A DNA stretch of 63,994 nucleotides, the filler included, from Phoronis australis (Eukaryota > Animalia > Phoronida), in the NCBI GenBank assembly GCA_002633005.1. It is 5 parts of 5 records of this genome, joined end to end, with 100 filler letters (N's around TTAATTAATTAA, not from the genome) between each part and the next. Parts side by side here need not be neighbours in the genome. Positions count along the whole stretch, not along the records: positions 42,289 to 60,032 come from NMRA01001275.1; positions 60,133 to 62,302 come from NMRA01003816.1; 3 more parts are not named here. One strand, given 5' to 3'. Below, piece after piece: positions 49,112 through 62,302 of this stretch. The position numbers and the translations under genes are program-made. How positions within the stretch are numbered: position 1 is the stretch's first letter; the number at the start of each line of letters is the position of its first letter. Below the pieces are notes generated by a model. The model saw only the letters and a program-made list of their open reading frames with translations, was not told where the DNA came from and did no database searches.

Positions 49112-49156
49112 GATGGCTACGTTACGTCCTCCTCTCGAGGACTTCATCAGGCCACC
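49112..49156 (-). ncRNA. minimal type I hammerhead ribozyme (variant core) in pLTR
   Basis: GGTGGC-CTGATGA-AGTCCTC-GAGAG-GAGGAC-GTAA-CGTA-GCCATC: stem I, core and stem II intact; GTAA replaces GAAA. Confidence 0.7.
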
Positions 49157-50583
49157 AAGGTGTCACGTGACTCGTCATGTGATCTGCAGCACAGTTTGTG
49201 CGGGATCCTCTTCAGCGGCCTATCCCACGTCCTTGGCAAGAGAAACCTCAAGCCCCCTGTGTGTTTAGGCTAGGATTCTCAATTCTCTCATAAATAGCTT
49301 CCTTGACACCTCTTCTAAGCCAATTTTCCCCTCTATTTAGGATCTTGACATCTTTCATGGCGAAAGAATGGTCTGTGGCAGCTATATGACTAAAAACTGC
49401 AGAATCATAGCAGTCCCCATAAGTGGGCCTACCATGTTGGTTGATACGACTTTTCAGCGCTTTTTTGGTTTCCCCAATGCATGCTTTCCCACACCCTGGT
49501 TCTGAGCATGAAATGCCATACACCACATTTGATGTTTTCTCTTTCGTGGTCTTGTCTTTCACATTCATCAGCTGACTCCTTATGGTGTTAATTGGTTTGA
49601 ACGCCACAGAAATATCATGGCCCCTCATATGAGATTTAACCTGGTCTGAGATCCCTGGCACAAAAGGTAATGTTATCCTGATGTTTCCCCTGTTGTCAGG
49701 CTACGTGTTCTGAGGCGTGACTCCGCAATGGTTTGCCTTGTGGAATGACCACTCAGGATAGCCACATCTCTTTAGTACTGTTCTGTTGTAGTTCAATTCA
49801 ACTTCAATGCCTTCCTCCGTGTTAGGGATGGTTTCCGCACGAAAGTACAACGTTCTAATCACGCCCAGTTTGTGTATCAAAGGGTGATTGGAGTCAAACG
49901 GAAGATAGTAGTCTGTGTGAGTGGGCTTCCAATAAACCTTGGTCTTAATATGCTTGTCTATAACAGTCACTAAACAGTCCAGGAACGGCAAAGAGTTGTC
50001 TTTAGATTCCTCTTGAGTAAACTCGATATTGTTATCACATTGATTAATGTGTTCGAAGAACCCTATCTTTTCAGAATTTTTGAGCACTACAACGTGTCAT
50101 CTACATACTTGAGCCAGAGTCTAGGTGGAACTCCATCATAGGGCGCTAACGCCTTCCTCTCAAAGTTCTCCATGCATAAGTTCAACACAATCGGCATCAA
50201 ATGTGGTGTATGGCATTTCATGCTCAGAACCATGGTGTGGGAAAGCATACATTGGGGAAACCTAACAAGCCCTGAAAAGTCGTATCAACCAACATCGTAG
50301 GCCCACTTATGGGGACTGCTATGATTCTGCAGTTTTTAGTCATATAGCTGCCACGTACAGACAATTCTTTCGCCATGGAAGATGTCACGAACCTAGATAC
50401 ATGTAGAGAGGAAAATTGGTTTAGGAGAGGTTTCAAGGAAGCTATTTATGAGAGAACTGAGAATCCTAGCCTAAACAGGCAGGGAACCTGAGCTTTTTCT
50501 TGCCAAGGACGTGGGATAGGCCGCTGAAGAGGATCCCGCGCAAACTGTGCTGCAGATCACATGACGAGTCACGTGACACCTCA

Positions 50584-50626
50584 GTGGCCTGATGAAGTCT
50601 TCGAGAGGAGGACGTAACGTAGCCAT
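50584..50626 (+). ncRNA. second hammerhead copy in the inverted pLTR
   Basis: GTGGC-CTGATGA-AGTCTTC-GAGAG-GAGGAC-GTAA-CGTA-GCCAT. Confidence 0.7.
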
Positions 50627-52738
50627 CTCTATGGAACCGTAAGTCCAGTAATTGATTTATTAATTTTTCTGCGTTATTACTCAACTGGGTGACTGAAAAC
50701 ATTCATCGCACTTGAAATGGAAGTCTTCTGAACTTGTTTTTTTAATTCATGTGTTAATCTATTGAAATAAACCCAAGTCATCAAGAAATATTACCCGAAG
50801 ATGCCAGTGAACATATTGTTTCAGGCGTTCATTATGGCAAGCTAAATCTATCATGCTTTTGTCACTGAGTCACAGAAATGAAAGAACAAATCAGAGGAGA
50901 TTATGTTTTAATCATTTAGGTACTCCAAAGTTTAAATTAAAATCAAGTGCTTTCAGTCGGATTTGTATATTTGGTTTCTACAGTGAAAAACTTTCAAGGT
51001 AGTTAAAAGGGTTACATCTGCTGTACATAAGTCAAAACTGAAATAATCTCAGTATAATAAAGTTGTTACGTAAGCCAAAATAATCTGATATTTTACCAAA
51101 ATAAATAAATTAGAATGCACAGTACAGAACATTTAAGCATTACAAATGTTACCCAACAACACGACCAGTTTACATGATATGAAAGTGGACATGCCTAACT
51201 ATTACCATGGCGACCAGGTGTTTGCTTACATTAGAACTGGACAAGCATGATTTAAATAAATAAGAAGTTGCAAGAAAAAAGTATTGGAGGCTGGAAGCTT
51301 TACAATCCAACCGCCTATTAATCTAAATTCCTTGATAACTTGAATTAAGAAAGCAAGTTACAACGCGTGTATTGAAAGAACGATTTTTCGTAAAATTTAG
51401 AAAATTTCTCATGTTGTGACACACAATCAAACTTTGAAGCGCAATTGAGTTTCAAAGAAAAAATGATTTCGAAACTATACAAACCGAAAACAAAATATAA
51501 CAGCATTTTGACGATTTCATGTTGATAATTAATACCAAACAAAATTGGGTCATGCTATTGATACCGTTGATTTGCTACCACAGTACTTTTCTATTTACTG
51601 AATTTTGATGAAAAGAAATGGTCGTGTAACCCTGATAAATGACTGACTGGCAAAAAGTAAAAAATCAAATTCTACTGGCTTACTACTTTGAATCTATAGT
51701 TTTGTAAGCATTTGGCTAAATGCAAAGTCTTGTCGCTAAGGTCCCACGTGACCTTAAATTGATAAAATCGGTGAGGAAATGAATTTCGTGTTGGCTTTTG
51801 CACAAAGTTTTGCCGTTAAATGTTTAATGTCTCACTCTGATGCGCCACCTGTTTGCTTGGAAATAAGAGAACATAAAAGGGTGACCGATTAATTTTGAGC
51901 TATTTTAACGCGAACAGCGTCACAATATCACAATCACTTCGCTTCATTTCACTACATGTCCCTCATCTTATGTTGGTAGGATTGTGAAAAAAGTTTTGTT
52001 GGCGTGAATGAACTAAAAGACATTTTTCTTCTGAAATAAGTTCAAGTCTGTCATTTTACCATAAGTTAAGACACTTGATGTCTGCACTTGTGTTAAAGCG
52101 TTCCCACAATGGATTTTTGCAATTTTTGAGGTCCCAATGTTCCAATGACGTTTCGTTGTTCACCTTTGCCACTTTGATAAAACACAACAACTACTATATT
52201 TGGCATCGGGCTACATACAGGTCGTTCATCCAAATTTTACAGAGCTGTTGTCTGATCACCAACACCAGATTTACGCCAGTCCCAGTCATCGCGAAGTTTT
52301 ACGTAGAGCTGGTAAAGAAGAAGAACCATTAACCAGCTTTCTTTAAGCATTTTTTTAAGGCCAAAGCGTATGCAAATAGCCGTTACTATCTTTTTCCCCC
52401 AATTCATGCCAGAAAAGCACAAAATACGTAGGTTTCAACTTACTCAGTATCTTTGAGGATTCAATTGCATCGGGTCCACTTGTTACAGATACAAGCTAAC
52501 CGTATCTGCATCCCACGGCGGAGACAAACTTTGCGCAGCTGAGGTGACCAACTTTCCTTCTCCTGGTTTTGCAACCAAATCTGTTTTTCTAAGAATAACA
52601 ACAGTGCATTTTAGCAAGTAACATTTGACACGGATCACATGATGTTTTATTGCGATACTGCTATTGACACTGTCTAAGTAGTGTACTTCATCATGAAGTG
52701 ACTAGTAGTCTAGGAGTCTCATGAGCATTTCCTCAACC

Positions 52739-52987
52739 AACAGCTTATTATTTAAAACGTCTTATTCTTATTAAAATGACATAGGCAAAAAATTGAATTT
52801 CAGGCCTCAAAAGCGAGGTCCTCTATATTGATATAAGTGGCCCGGCCGAAAGGCGGCCCCGCTCTTCGACCCCCTTCCGGCGAGGCTCCCTATATCAATA
52901 TAGAAGGCCTCGCTTTTGAGGCCTGAAATTCAATTTTTTGCCTATGTCATTTTAATAAGAATAAGCAATTTTAAATAATAAGCTGTT
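52739..52987. repeat. near-perfect 249-bp palindrome (foldback MITE)
   Basis: ~97-bp arms AACAGCTTATTATTTAAAA..CTATATTGATATA and their reverse complement around a GC-rich centre. Confidence 0.92.
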
Positions 52988-53898
52988 AAACCATTCTCTC
53001 AGTCTACTAAGTGAAGAATGAAATCTCGAGTAAGAGTTATTTGCACAGCTGCTAGTATAGTATGATCATACCTTATATTATTGATAGGCTATATCTTACC
53101 ATACATTGAAAGGTAACGGTCTATAACATGTTATCGAATAGTGCTGTCTGGTCCCTGATCTTGTCTCATGTACCGGGAATTTCCGAAAACACCGCCTTGG
53201 GTATACTTTTAGTGGTACGACTGTGAGAAATTCCTGGTACTCATGTGTAGCATCAGCTATTCTGGTTCTTAATTAACTGTGGTCCGGAGTTTTACGAATA
53301 AGACAGTTGAAACCAAACAATTTTTATGCGTGCGACACATCGATTAAAACCATAATCTTTGATCTGGGTACAAAAACACCCTTGGAGCCTTTTGTTTGTG
53401 GTGGGCCCTAAGCTATAAAGGTGAGTTGGCTTAAGCTGGGTACACTCCCATCATAGACTATAACGAGTATTTTCCTTTAGTTAACGACAAAAGATTATCG
53501 GTCAGATCCTCATTCCCAGCGTTAAATATTGAAAGCTTCTTTTAACTATTTATCATATATACCTTTCTTACCAATTCATAAAAAATCGTTGATATGAATT
53601 TTTTAAGAAATAAATTATAATAAATCATGACCAACCGGTCACTGTCTGTATAAAACTGCATAAAACCTTTTGATGACACATTTAGCAAATTACTTTCAAT
53701 GCTTGCCTAGAACTTTTTTACAATAAAAGCATTCATAGATTAAAGGTCATGAGGCTTCTATACGATCACAAAAATAACCTTGAAAGAGTTGTTTTGTTTA
53801 AAATCAACATATCCCATGGTGAGTACTCACCTGGATAGGCAAAACAGACTTAAACTTCTTCTTGTTCACAAATAATAAAATTAAAAGTTTGAAGCCGT

Positions 53899-53970
53899 TG
53901 TCACGGGAAAACCCTTTGCCGGGAAAAACCTTTGCTAAGGTTTTTCCTGGCAAGGGTTTTTCCCGTGACA
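53899..53970. repeat. 72-bp hairpin MITE
   Basis: TGTCACGGGAAAA..GCCGGGAAAAACC and GGTTTTTCCTGGC..TTTTCCCGTGACA. Confidence 0.8.
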
Positions 53971-55506
53971 CCGTATCTTGAGGATACGTGTACCCACATT
54001 ATACTTGAACTTCACACATTTTCGAAATCTGTTAGGTCACTGAGCGCTTAATTTTGTCCAATTTTGGCCCACGCAATCACCAAGATTCATCTCAACAAGA
54101 CACGTGGTACAAGGTTAAAACTTACTTAGGATCTTGACATTGTATTCGAAACTATTTTTCTTAGAAAAGTCATCTTTCGCCTACCATAACGAGAAATCAC
54201 GTGATTTTATTCACATTCACTGACGCTTCAGTAGACGCTAGGTACACTAGCTTTAAAGATACTGCACAAGGTGTTCCGTCGAAATTGGAACCCCGGTGTA
54301 AAGCAGATATCCCGGAATCGAAAACGGACTTCTGCACCTACAAAACAGCTAACCAGCCCGAAAAACACCAGCCCCAACCTTTAAAACAGGAACCCCGGGA
54401 TCGCACAACAGGACACCCGGGGACCAAAACACCACTCCTACACTTTCGGTCAAACACTATTCATCTCAAGAATGTGAATGGGAATGCGTTGTCTTCAGAA
54501 ATTCCGAATTCAAATTCCATTTTAATGATCGATTAGGAGTTGGAGTGAACTTTTTGGAGGGCAAGATCGGTGAAACTGGTGACGGTGCAGGTCTTTTGAG
54601 TGAATAATTCTCGCGGTCCATCTCAAAGTCCTGAAGCTGATCGTGCCGGAAGTAGTGCACTCTCCTCGGCAAGTATATCGACGAACCCTAAACTATTTTT
54701 GGCGAAACTATAGAATAATCTGAAATTAACTTAATATTCAGCGAGATAACAAGTCGTGTTGAGAGTATAGGTTATTAGTTCCTGAAGCTAAATGCTGTTT
54801 TTTACTTAACCTAGATTTGCCGGATATTTTGTCTTTGCTGTTTCATGAAGCCTAGACATAGTTAATCATGATTTAGGGGCGTGACCGTTCGCAAACCCTG
54901 AGTATTTTTAAAGTGTGCAAATTAAGATCGCCATAATGAGATTTATGGCACTCTGACATAAATCCTATTATTTGGGCAAATAACATTATACAGCCCTTCA
55001 TGCTTCATATCCAACTCCTAGTTAGTTCCTACCAAGTCCGATGGTCAGCGCTGTTTGTTCTTTCTCTCCAGCTTCCTGTTGGCCCAGCTACAAGCAACAG
55101 TACGTTCACTCGTAAGTTTTCCTAATCAGCCTGTTTTATACCTAGTAGACTCCTTCCCGTTTGTCGTTAATTGTCCTGGACACAAGTTACTTTCCGTATT
55201 TATTACTTTTAGCCACAGATGGCTTCCTAACGGCCGATTTCTTTCGATTCTAATATCCCTCAAACCGACAAACCAATCCCTCGCCAAGCGGCGCCTCCGT
55301 TCATGACCCTGGTTCCAAACAACCACTTCCCTGGGTATAAGTGGGATATCTTGCGGCAATCCTCGTCTGTTTCGGGGGGGCGGGGGACTCTGCGGCGAGA
55401 TACAACGATTATCACTGGGGCGGGTAGGACAGGGCCTACTATGCGGCCCAGTTCCCATTCTTTTATGAGTTTGTCCGAGTTACTGATATAGGTTTCTTGC
55501 TGTGGT

Positions 55507-57022
55507 TAGCGAGGACAACATACATCACCAAATCGTTTCGCGTATCTGTCACCGTGTAAAATTTGCACAAAAAAATCGGCAAAAAATCACTCAAAAATGC
55601 AATAAATGTGCATAAAAATTACTTCAAAGTATGAAATAAGACGTTATTTTACTGAAATGTTATTTTTTTTCGTCGCAAAATCCGTTTAATAATACTTTGC
55701 ACGAGTTTTTTGCAGCGACGTGACCGACATTTCAAAGCAAAATGGCCGCCGGTAAAAACAACTGGTATTTGTTTTTCAACTCAGGAGAAGACTAAACTCT
55801 CGAATTTTGGCGTGAAACTTCGTGAACTTGTAGAAGAAACCCTTGCGCACGTTATTACGTAAGTATTTTTCACTTTCGTTGACTTAAAAGTTGAAAAAGT
55901 TGCCAGTTCCCGCGACCTTCAACTTTGACCTGAATTAATTGGTACATTTCCTAATTTGCGCACATAATGAATCCTATTGCGCACTAAAGGGTTCATTAAT
56001 GAACTATTTCAAACACTTGTTGCAAACNNNNNNNNNNNNNNNNNNNNNNNNNNNNNNNNNNNNNNNNNNNNNNNNNNNNNNNNNNNNNNNNNNNNNNNNN
56101 NNNNNNNNNNNNNNNNNNNNNNNNNNNNNNNNNNNNNNNNNNNNNNNNNNNNNNNNNNNNNNNNNNNNNNNNNNNNNNNNNNNNNNNNNNNNNNNNNNNN
56201 NNNNNNNNNNNNNNNNNNNNNNNNNNNNNNNNNNNNNNNNNNNNNNNNNNNNNNNNNNNNNNNNNNNNNNNNNNNNNNNNNNNNNNNNNNNNNNNNNNNN
56301 NNNNNNNNNNNNNNNNNNNNNNNNNNNNNNNNNNNNNNNNNNNNNNNNNNNNNNNNNNNNNNNNNNNNNNNNNNNNNNNNNNNNNNNNNNNNNNNNNNNN
56401 NNNNNNNNNNNNNNNNNNNNNNNNNNNNNNNNNNNNNNNNNNNNNNNNNNNNNNNNNNNNNNNNNNNNNNNNNNNNNNNNNNNNNNNNNNNNNNNNNNNN
56501 NNNNNNNNNNNNNNNNNNNNNNNNNNNNNNNNNNNNNNNNNNNNNNNNNNNNNNNNNNNNNNNNNNNNNNNNNNNNNNNNNNNNNNNNNNNNNNNNNNNN
56601 NNNNNNNNNNNNNNNNNNNNNNNNNNNNNNNNNNNNNNNNNNNNNNNNNNNNNNNNNNNNNNNNNNNNNNNNNNNNNNNNNNNNNNNNNNNNNNNNNNNN
56701 NNNNNNNNNNNNNNNNNNNNNNNNNNNNNNNNNNNNNNGAATGTTCTTTTTTGCAAATTATTCATCATAAAATTTTCTTTAAAATGATGTATAACATGTC
56801 TGTCTAGGTTACGTAGATTTGTAACCATAATATTTCAAACTCACAAATTTGATTTGACAGAATTTTTACCAAAAAAATTGACACAAAAACACCATTTTCT
56901 CCGGAACCGTAAGTCCGATTTAAAAATTTTTTGCACCGTTCTTTTAGTCTCGTAGAGAGCTTTCTTGTGATGTATATTACATGCACATTTTCAAAAATTT
57001 TTGAAAAATGCTGTCCTCGCTA
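55507..57022. mobile_element. TIR DNA transposon with 7-bp TSD inserted in the DIRS RT (interior partly in gap)
   Basis: TIRs TAGCGAGGACAACAT / ATGCTGTCCTCGCTA; CTGTGGT at 55500-55506 and 57023-57029. Confidence 0.85.
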
Positions 57023-60000
57023 CTGTGGTGCGGTTTTCGTGCCCGTATATTGTAACCTAAAGCTATTTTAAGCCTTGAACAAGGAGTGCAGCACAGTTGG
57101 GGTCGTCTGGGTACTCATGTAGAATGCGTTTGAGAGCCAGCGGTTTGACATTCGTGTGACCTAGGGTCCAGACTTACTGATAATTTGGGTGCATGGTGGA
57201 TACTGGAATTACATAACACTAGACTACTAGGTACTATTCCAACAGGACAGGAGGTTATATTGATGTAAACATATGGGATTTACAATGGTTGAGACCTAGT
57301 TGGGAATCTATCGCAGGTCGCGGCGGAGACTGGTGTGGTAAAGCTCGAAAGGGCTGTGTCTCACACTGAAGTGTCCTGATATAGCGCACAACCATTTCGG
57401 TGGGTTTATCAGCAGAGTAAAAAGATAATAGTAAAAAATAAAAAAATAATTAAAAAAACAATAAAAAAATAATTAAAATATAATAATAACAATAAAATAA
57501 AAATAAACTTCGGCTCCCACTTCTATATTTTATTCGACTTCGCGAAAAGTGCGGAAATACCGTACCTTACACTTTGAATATCTTGTTTGTTGAGGCCTTT
57601 TCAAGTACTTCGCCTCTGGCCCCTAGCGCGTACGAATGTTTAGCTTCGCTTTTGACTCGCATAGTTCCTTCTGTTCAAAAAGATAAAAAAAATACTTTGA
57701 ATAAAAAAAATGAAAACAAAAATCAAAAACATCACAAAAAATTACAAAATAAACATAAAAATAAGACAAAATGAAACGTACACTGAAACATTGCTAAAAC
57801 TGAATAAATAATCCTTGAAAAAAACAATCAAAAAAGTAATAATACCTAATAATAATAATAATAAACTAATGATTTCAAAACATGCTTTAACTTTTGAAAA
57901 GATTCGTGGCAATTGGTCTCACCTAATGCTTCTCATTTCGTTCTCTTGGAATAATTTTTAACCTATTCCAACCACGGTAATGCGTTAACTTTGTTTTCGT
58001 TCCGCTTCGTGGTCGGGCATTCTCCATCATGACGATTTTCGATTAGACGGCTACCGTAGCGGCAGATAGGCGGACGTAGAGATCGACGAGATCACGTCAC
58101 ACTTGCTTGCTAATTTGTCTACTTCTCAGGCGAGCATAGCTTCGTCGTACGAAACTCAGATATATAAAATTGTTTAGTCTATCCGAGTACGAAATCCGTG
58201 GTCAAGTGCCTACACAGCGAGCGATTGGTGTCAGCTGTTTTTCTTTATTTTACTATTTTCATATATTCCTTGTTCATTTTGGTGTGCTTATGTCTAAGCC
58301 AGTCACTCTAACAGTTGTCGTTAGCCGGTTAAGTAGGGTCATTTTCATCTGCAACCTGGGAGCCACTACACCCGGGCTACTAGTAAACAGTATCCATGTA
58401 ACTGCGCCAAGTTTTCGAAAGCGCGGCACTGTAACACTAGTGGGATACTTCTGCCCGTTTAGGCGTATAACTCATCTCAGCTTAACAGTAGTGTCTTACT
58501 TATTTTAACGCAAGATTTTTAATTTACGATTTCAAAATCTTGTAAATTTTCATTTTGCTAACCTATATTCCACGCAAAAGTGCCTAACCTACCTCCTAAA
58601 ATTTCGTCACTGAAGCACACAGGGATTCCACTACCCCCAACTCAGTTGGAGTGCTCATTGACCGGAGTTCATGGTAATGGGCCAGCCTGTGGTTTCACTC
58701 TCATGTCATTACATAATAACTTATTGCATAGTGCTGATGACCTCATGCCACCAATGGAACTGTCTAGACTAAACTTTCACAACGCCTGAACCTTAGGCTC
58801 AATTGCATTTACTGACTAGATGTGCCCATCTTTTCCTGACATCGCTGGCACAAATGTTATTTGTCCTTTTCCTTAGCTCTAGTTATTCGTTGAACACATT
58901 GATACGGTGCTAGGCCTTTTTACTGGCAAACATATTTTGTAGACCTGGTTACTTTCTGATTTGTGTACTTGGTGTTGTCTATTTTATGTGACTTTTTGCG
59001 GTATCATTATTCCTGAGACCCTGTTGCCGCCCTCTCGTATGGTTGTGTTGTGTAGGATTTTTCTAGATATTTTATTTTTCTTAGCCATATAGTTGACATG
59101 CAAGTTTTCGTATGAAGGTCTTCCTGTGGCACATAGCTTGATCCACAGTAGTTTTGTAACTACATAGCAGCCCTAATATGTAACAAAATACGTTTTACTT
59201 TCAATAAAATACTTCAAAACTGCCAACCTCGTGTCTTTTTATTGCGATTGAAACTCGCATGCCACACCACTTTGATTTTTACCCGGTACATTTATATCCA
59301 AGTTTGCCTGCCTGTTAATGGTTTATCTGTCCATGCTATACTTCATTTCGATATTAACCTTTCCCTGCAGGTTACATGTTGATGTTTTACTATCTGGTTC
59401 TGGGGATGAAACATTCAAAAATTTGCTAAATGGTATCTCCAAACCAGCCCATGGGACTCACCCGAAATGGAAACCATGCTACCGCCGTTGTCCGTTAGCC
59501 TAAACGGGCTTGTTTTTCAATATCATGTCATAGAAATTTAGCGTTTTAATTACTGATTTTTATCAAACTGTCGCTTTTCATATTAAAAGCAGCGTCAAAT
59601 AAAAAGCACTTTTTGAATACTGATTTTAGGTCTGTTCATGAATGTTAACATGAAATCACATCTACCATGCTGATGGCGCTTTACCATTCCGCACCATCAC
59701 TTCTTTTAAAACTTTAACAAAACATAACCAAAAACAATTAATAAATACTACAAATAACATCCAAAATAAAACTAACAATCTTTTCGTTTTCAAAACATGT
59801 CCATTTTCTGAGTACAATTTTGCAGCGAGTTTCCCTAACAGCACATGCTTCTGGCAGAGGTTACTATCCAGCCATTGTCACACCGCCCACCTCGCAAGTT
59901 AATCGTGCCACTGCAATACCAACAGTTGCGCATAATCTCTTGACCTGAGCACATAGGAACCTGAACGTCAGTTATCTTCAGCTGAGCTACCCTAGCACAC

Positions 60001-60132
60001 GGTGCATTAGATTCGTACTACTCGGGGGGGGGNNNNNNNNNNNNNNNNNNNNNNNNNNNNNNNNNNNNNNNNNNNNTTAATTAATTAANNNNNNNNNNNN
60101 NNNNNNNNNNNNNNNNNNNNNNNNNNNNNNNN

Positions 60133-61100
60133 TATAATCATATTCCATATTGCACCGGAAGGGGTTGTTTGGTGCACAGGTCATATAATTTTCAAAATGC
60201 TACTCCTCCTTCAGTTTTAAAGCTATCTTTTTCAAATTCAGTGCACAGGTATAAGTCAATATGACAATTTAAAAAATTACTTTCCTAAGTAATCGAATCA
60301 TCCAATCAGATAAAACAGGTCAAATGTCATTAGGTGCAAACTAAAATTTTGAGCTAGACACTTCAAATTCACAACTCTGATTGGTACGTCGAATTCAATT
60401 CGAAACACAAATTTTCAGGTCATTTAGTGCAACCATGGGGTCATTAGGTGCATTTTTCTTCTGAAAATTAGTCCTTTTCATTCACCAAGTATTCTGATGT
60501 GTCAACCGTTAGACAACAGTGACTCTCAGCATTAAGCACACTTTTCACGGGCTTTGCAATAATTCTCTAAAAGATGCTTATAATGCACCGGATAGGGTCA
60601 ATTAGTGCAAAGGTCATATAACATTCAAAATGTTATATCTCCTACATTTTTAAAGGAATTCTTTTCAATTTCAGCACATTGGTGTAAGTCAACAAGCCAA
60701 TTGAACACCCTACTTTACTAAGTAATAGACTTAACCAATCAGAAAAAATAAGTCGAAGGTCATTGAGTACAAACTAAAATTTTGAGCTAGAGACTTCAAA
60801 ATTACATATCTGTTTACTAAATGCGATTGAGTATGAATTCTAAATTTTCAGGCCATTTGGTGCACCTACGGGGTCATTAGGTGCATTTTTCTTCTGAAAG
60901 TTTGACCAATTCATTCATCTTGCATTCTGAAGTGCTTAAAGTAAAACATCTGTGATTCTTAGCATCAACCACACTTTTAATTGAGTTTAGAATTTTTCCC
61001 TCATCGAGGCTCATAATGCACCGGAAGAGGTCAATTAGTGGAAAGGTCATCAAAATATTAACATGTAATTTCTCCTACAATTATAAAGAATTCCTTCTCA
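60133..61100. repeat. satellite, ~433-bp unit, at least 2.2 diverged copies
   Basis: TGCACCGGA anchor at ~60151, 60584 and 61017, with internal GTCATTAGGTGCA subrepeats. Confidence 0.85.
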
Positions 61101-62111
61101 TATTGGTAAACGGGTTACTGTCAATAACTTCCCTTAACAATCCCAGTAATACGCACGTATAGAGTCCATTATTGTCACGCCATGACAATCTTTCTAGTTA
61201 TCATCTCCCATTCAGTAGCTCAGGACTTCAGTTTACACACGATGCCAATAGCTGTGTGGAATATTCCCGCTGTTGTTCGTCAGCTTCTCAATATACATTT
61301 TCACCACTTTTAATCATGAACTTAAGGAGAATCTCATCACCATCAACTTCAACATCCTATCAAGTAAACTGATGCATTACGGCATCAATGTCCACGGTAT
61401 GTCCACCCCCAGCATGCCCCCCGGGTTTTACTCCCAATAACTGATGCCACCCACTGCACTGCTGACATGCAGTGGACCACCCATTGCTAGATCTGCAGTT
61501 TTTCTTACAATTTGGCTAGCGTAAGCAGTACTAGGTTAGCGGGAGTTAAGTTGACTATTCACAACGTAAGTTTTCATGCCTTGTGGGGATTACGTCCAAA
61601 CCACAACCATTATAACGAAAAGCATGGCACATATACTGGAATTAAAAGTAAACTACATTAAACACAAAATCGCGGCATTGTGGACTTATGAAATGATCCC
61701 TTCAAAAATACAAGTTATAACAAATTTGTTGTGATTTTCAACAAAATTCTTACAAAAATTGTGGTCGTGATGACTGACATTAGGCTGAGTATAACGGTCA
61801 TGAATTTTGAGACACGATTTTATGGGCAATGTTGTCCAAAGTCATCCTCGTTTTGTAGTTGCACATACTTTAAAATGAAAATGACACTTGTCTACTTACG
61901 CCTGTTTTACCGTGATTCATATGTCATGAATTTGACGATATAAACAATCAATTATATCTACATAATTTTCCGATCAAATGTTGGGGCCTGGATTTCGATA
62001 ATGGTCATGACTTGGCAAAACTGTTTGATGGAATTCACTTACTTCATGGTTTACGCTATTGTTTACATCCAGCAGCCAAAGTTGACAGCTCAAAATAGAT
62101 TGTAGGTGCTG

Positions 62112-62302
62112 ACAGACACAATGTAGCCTATCTAGACAGACAAAATGTATCTAGACAGACACAATGTATCTAGACAGACACAATGTATCTAGACAGACAC
62201 AATGTATCTAGACAGACACAATGTATCTAGACAGACACAATGTATCTAGACAGACACAATGTATCTAGACAGACACAATGTATCTAGACAGACACAATGT
62301 AT
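62112..62302. repeat. 19-bp minisatellite (TATCTAGACAGACACAATG)n running into a gap
   Basis: About nine near-perfect copies. Confidence 0.95.

Larger units (their letters stand above)
49068..50708 (-). mobile_element. Penelope-like element: RT C-terminus and GIY-YIG, inverted pLTR, 15-bp TSD
   Basis: PPRLWLKYVDDT, LPFLDCLV, VYWKPTHTDYYL, VVYGISC..CIGET, RGVKEAIY. 50203-50670 is the inverted copy of 49070-49530. CACTTGAAATGGAAG occurs at 49053-49067 and 50709-50723. Confidence 0.93.
53150..60032 (-). mobile_element. decayed DIRS/Ngaro composite, copy 2 (inverted relative to copy 1, with nested insertions)
   Basis: Reverse-complement homology to 10310-14040. RT LLVQGLK/FRLQYTG and DKLIKEWELG/RIVGP; YR FRKLGAVTW (~58410); RH end SKIMVLI..FNCLI..RIADA (~53250-53370). 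Confidence 0.7.

Noticed and set aside
52060-52590. Upstream FN3 exons of the PHYHIP-like gene
   Set aside because: Splice-like signals exist but every frame has stops and the FN3 similarity is too weak; could be UTR exons and needs RNA-seq.
55939-56828. Long ORFs of 274-282 aa (also 7382, 7443 and 15876)
   Set aside because: Composed of N-derived X residues.
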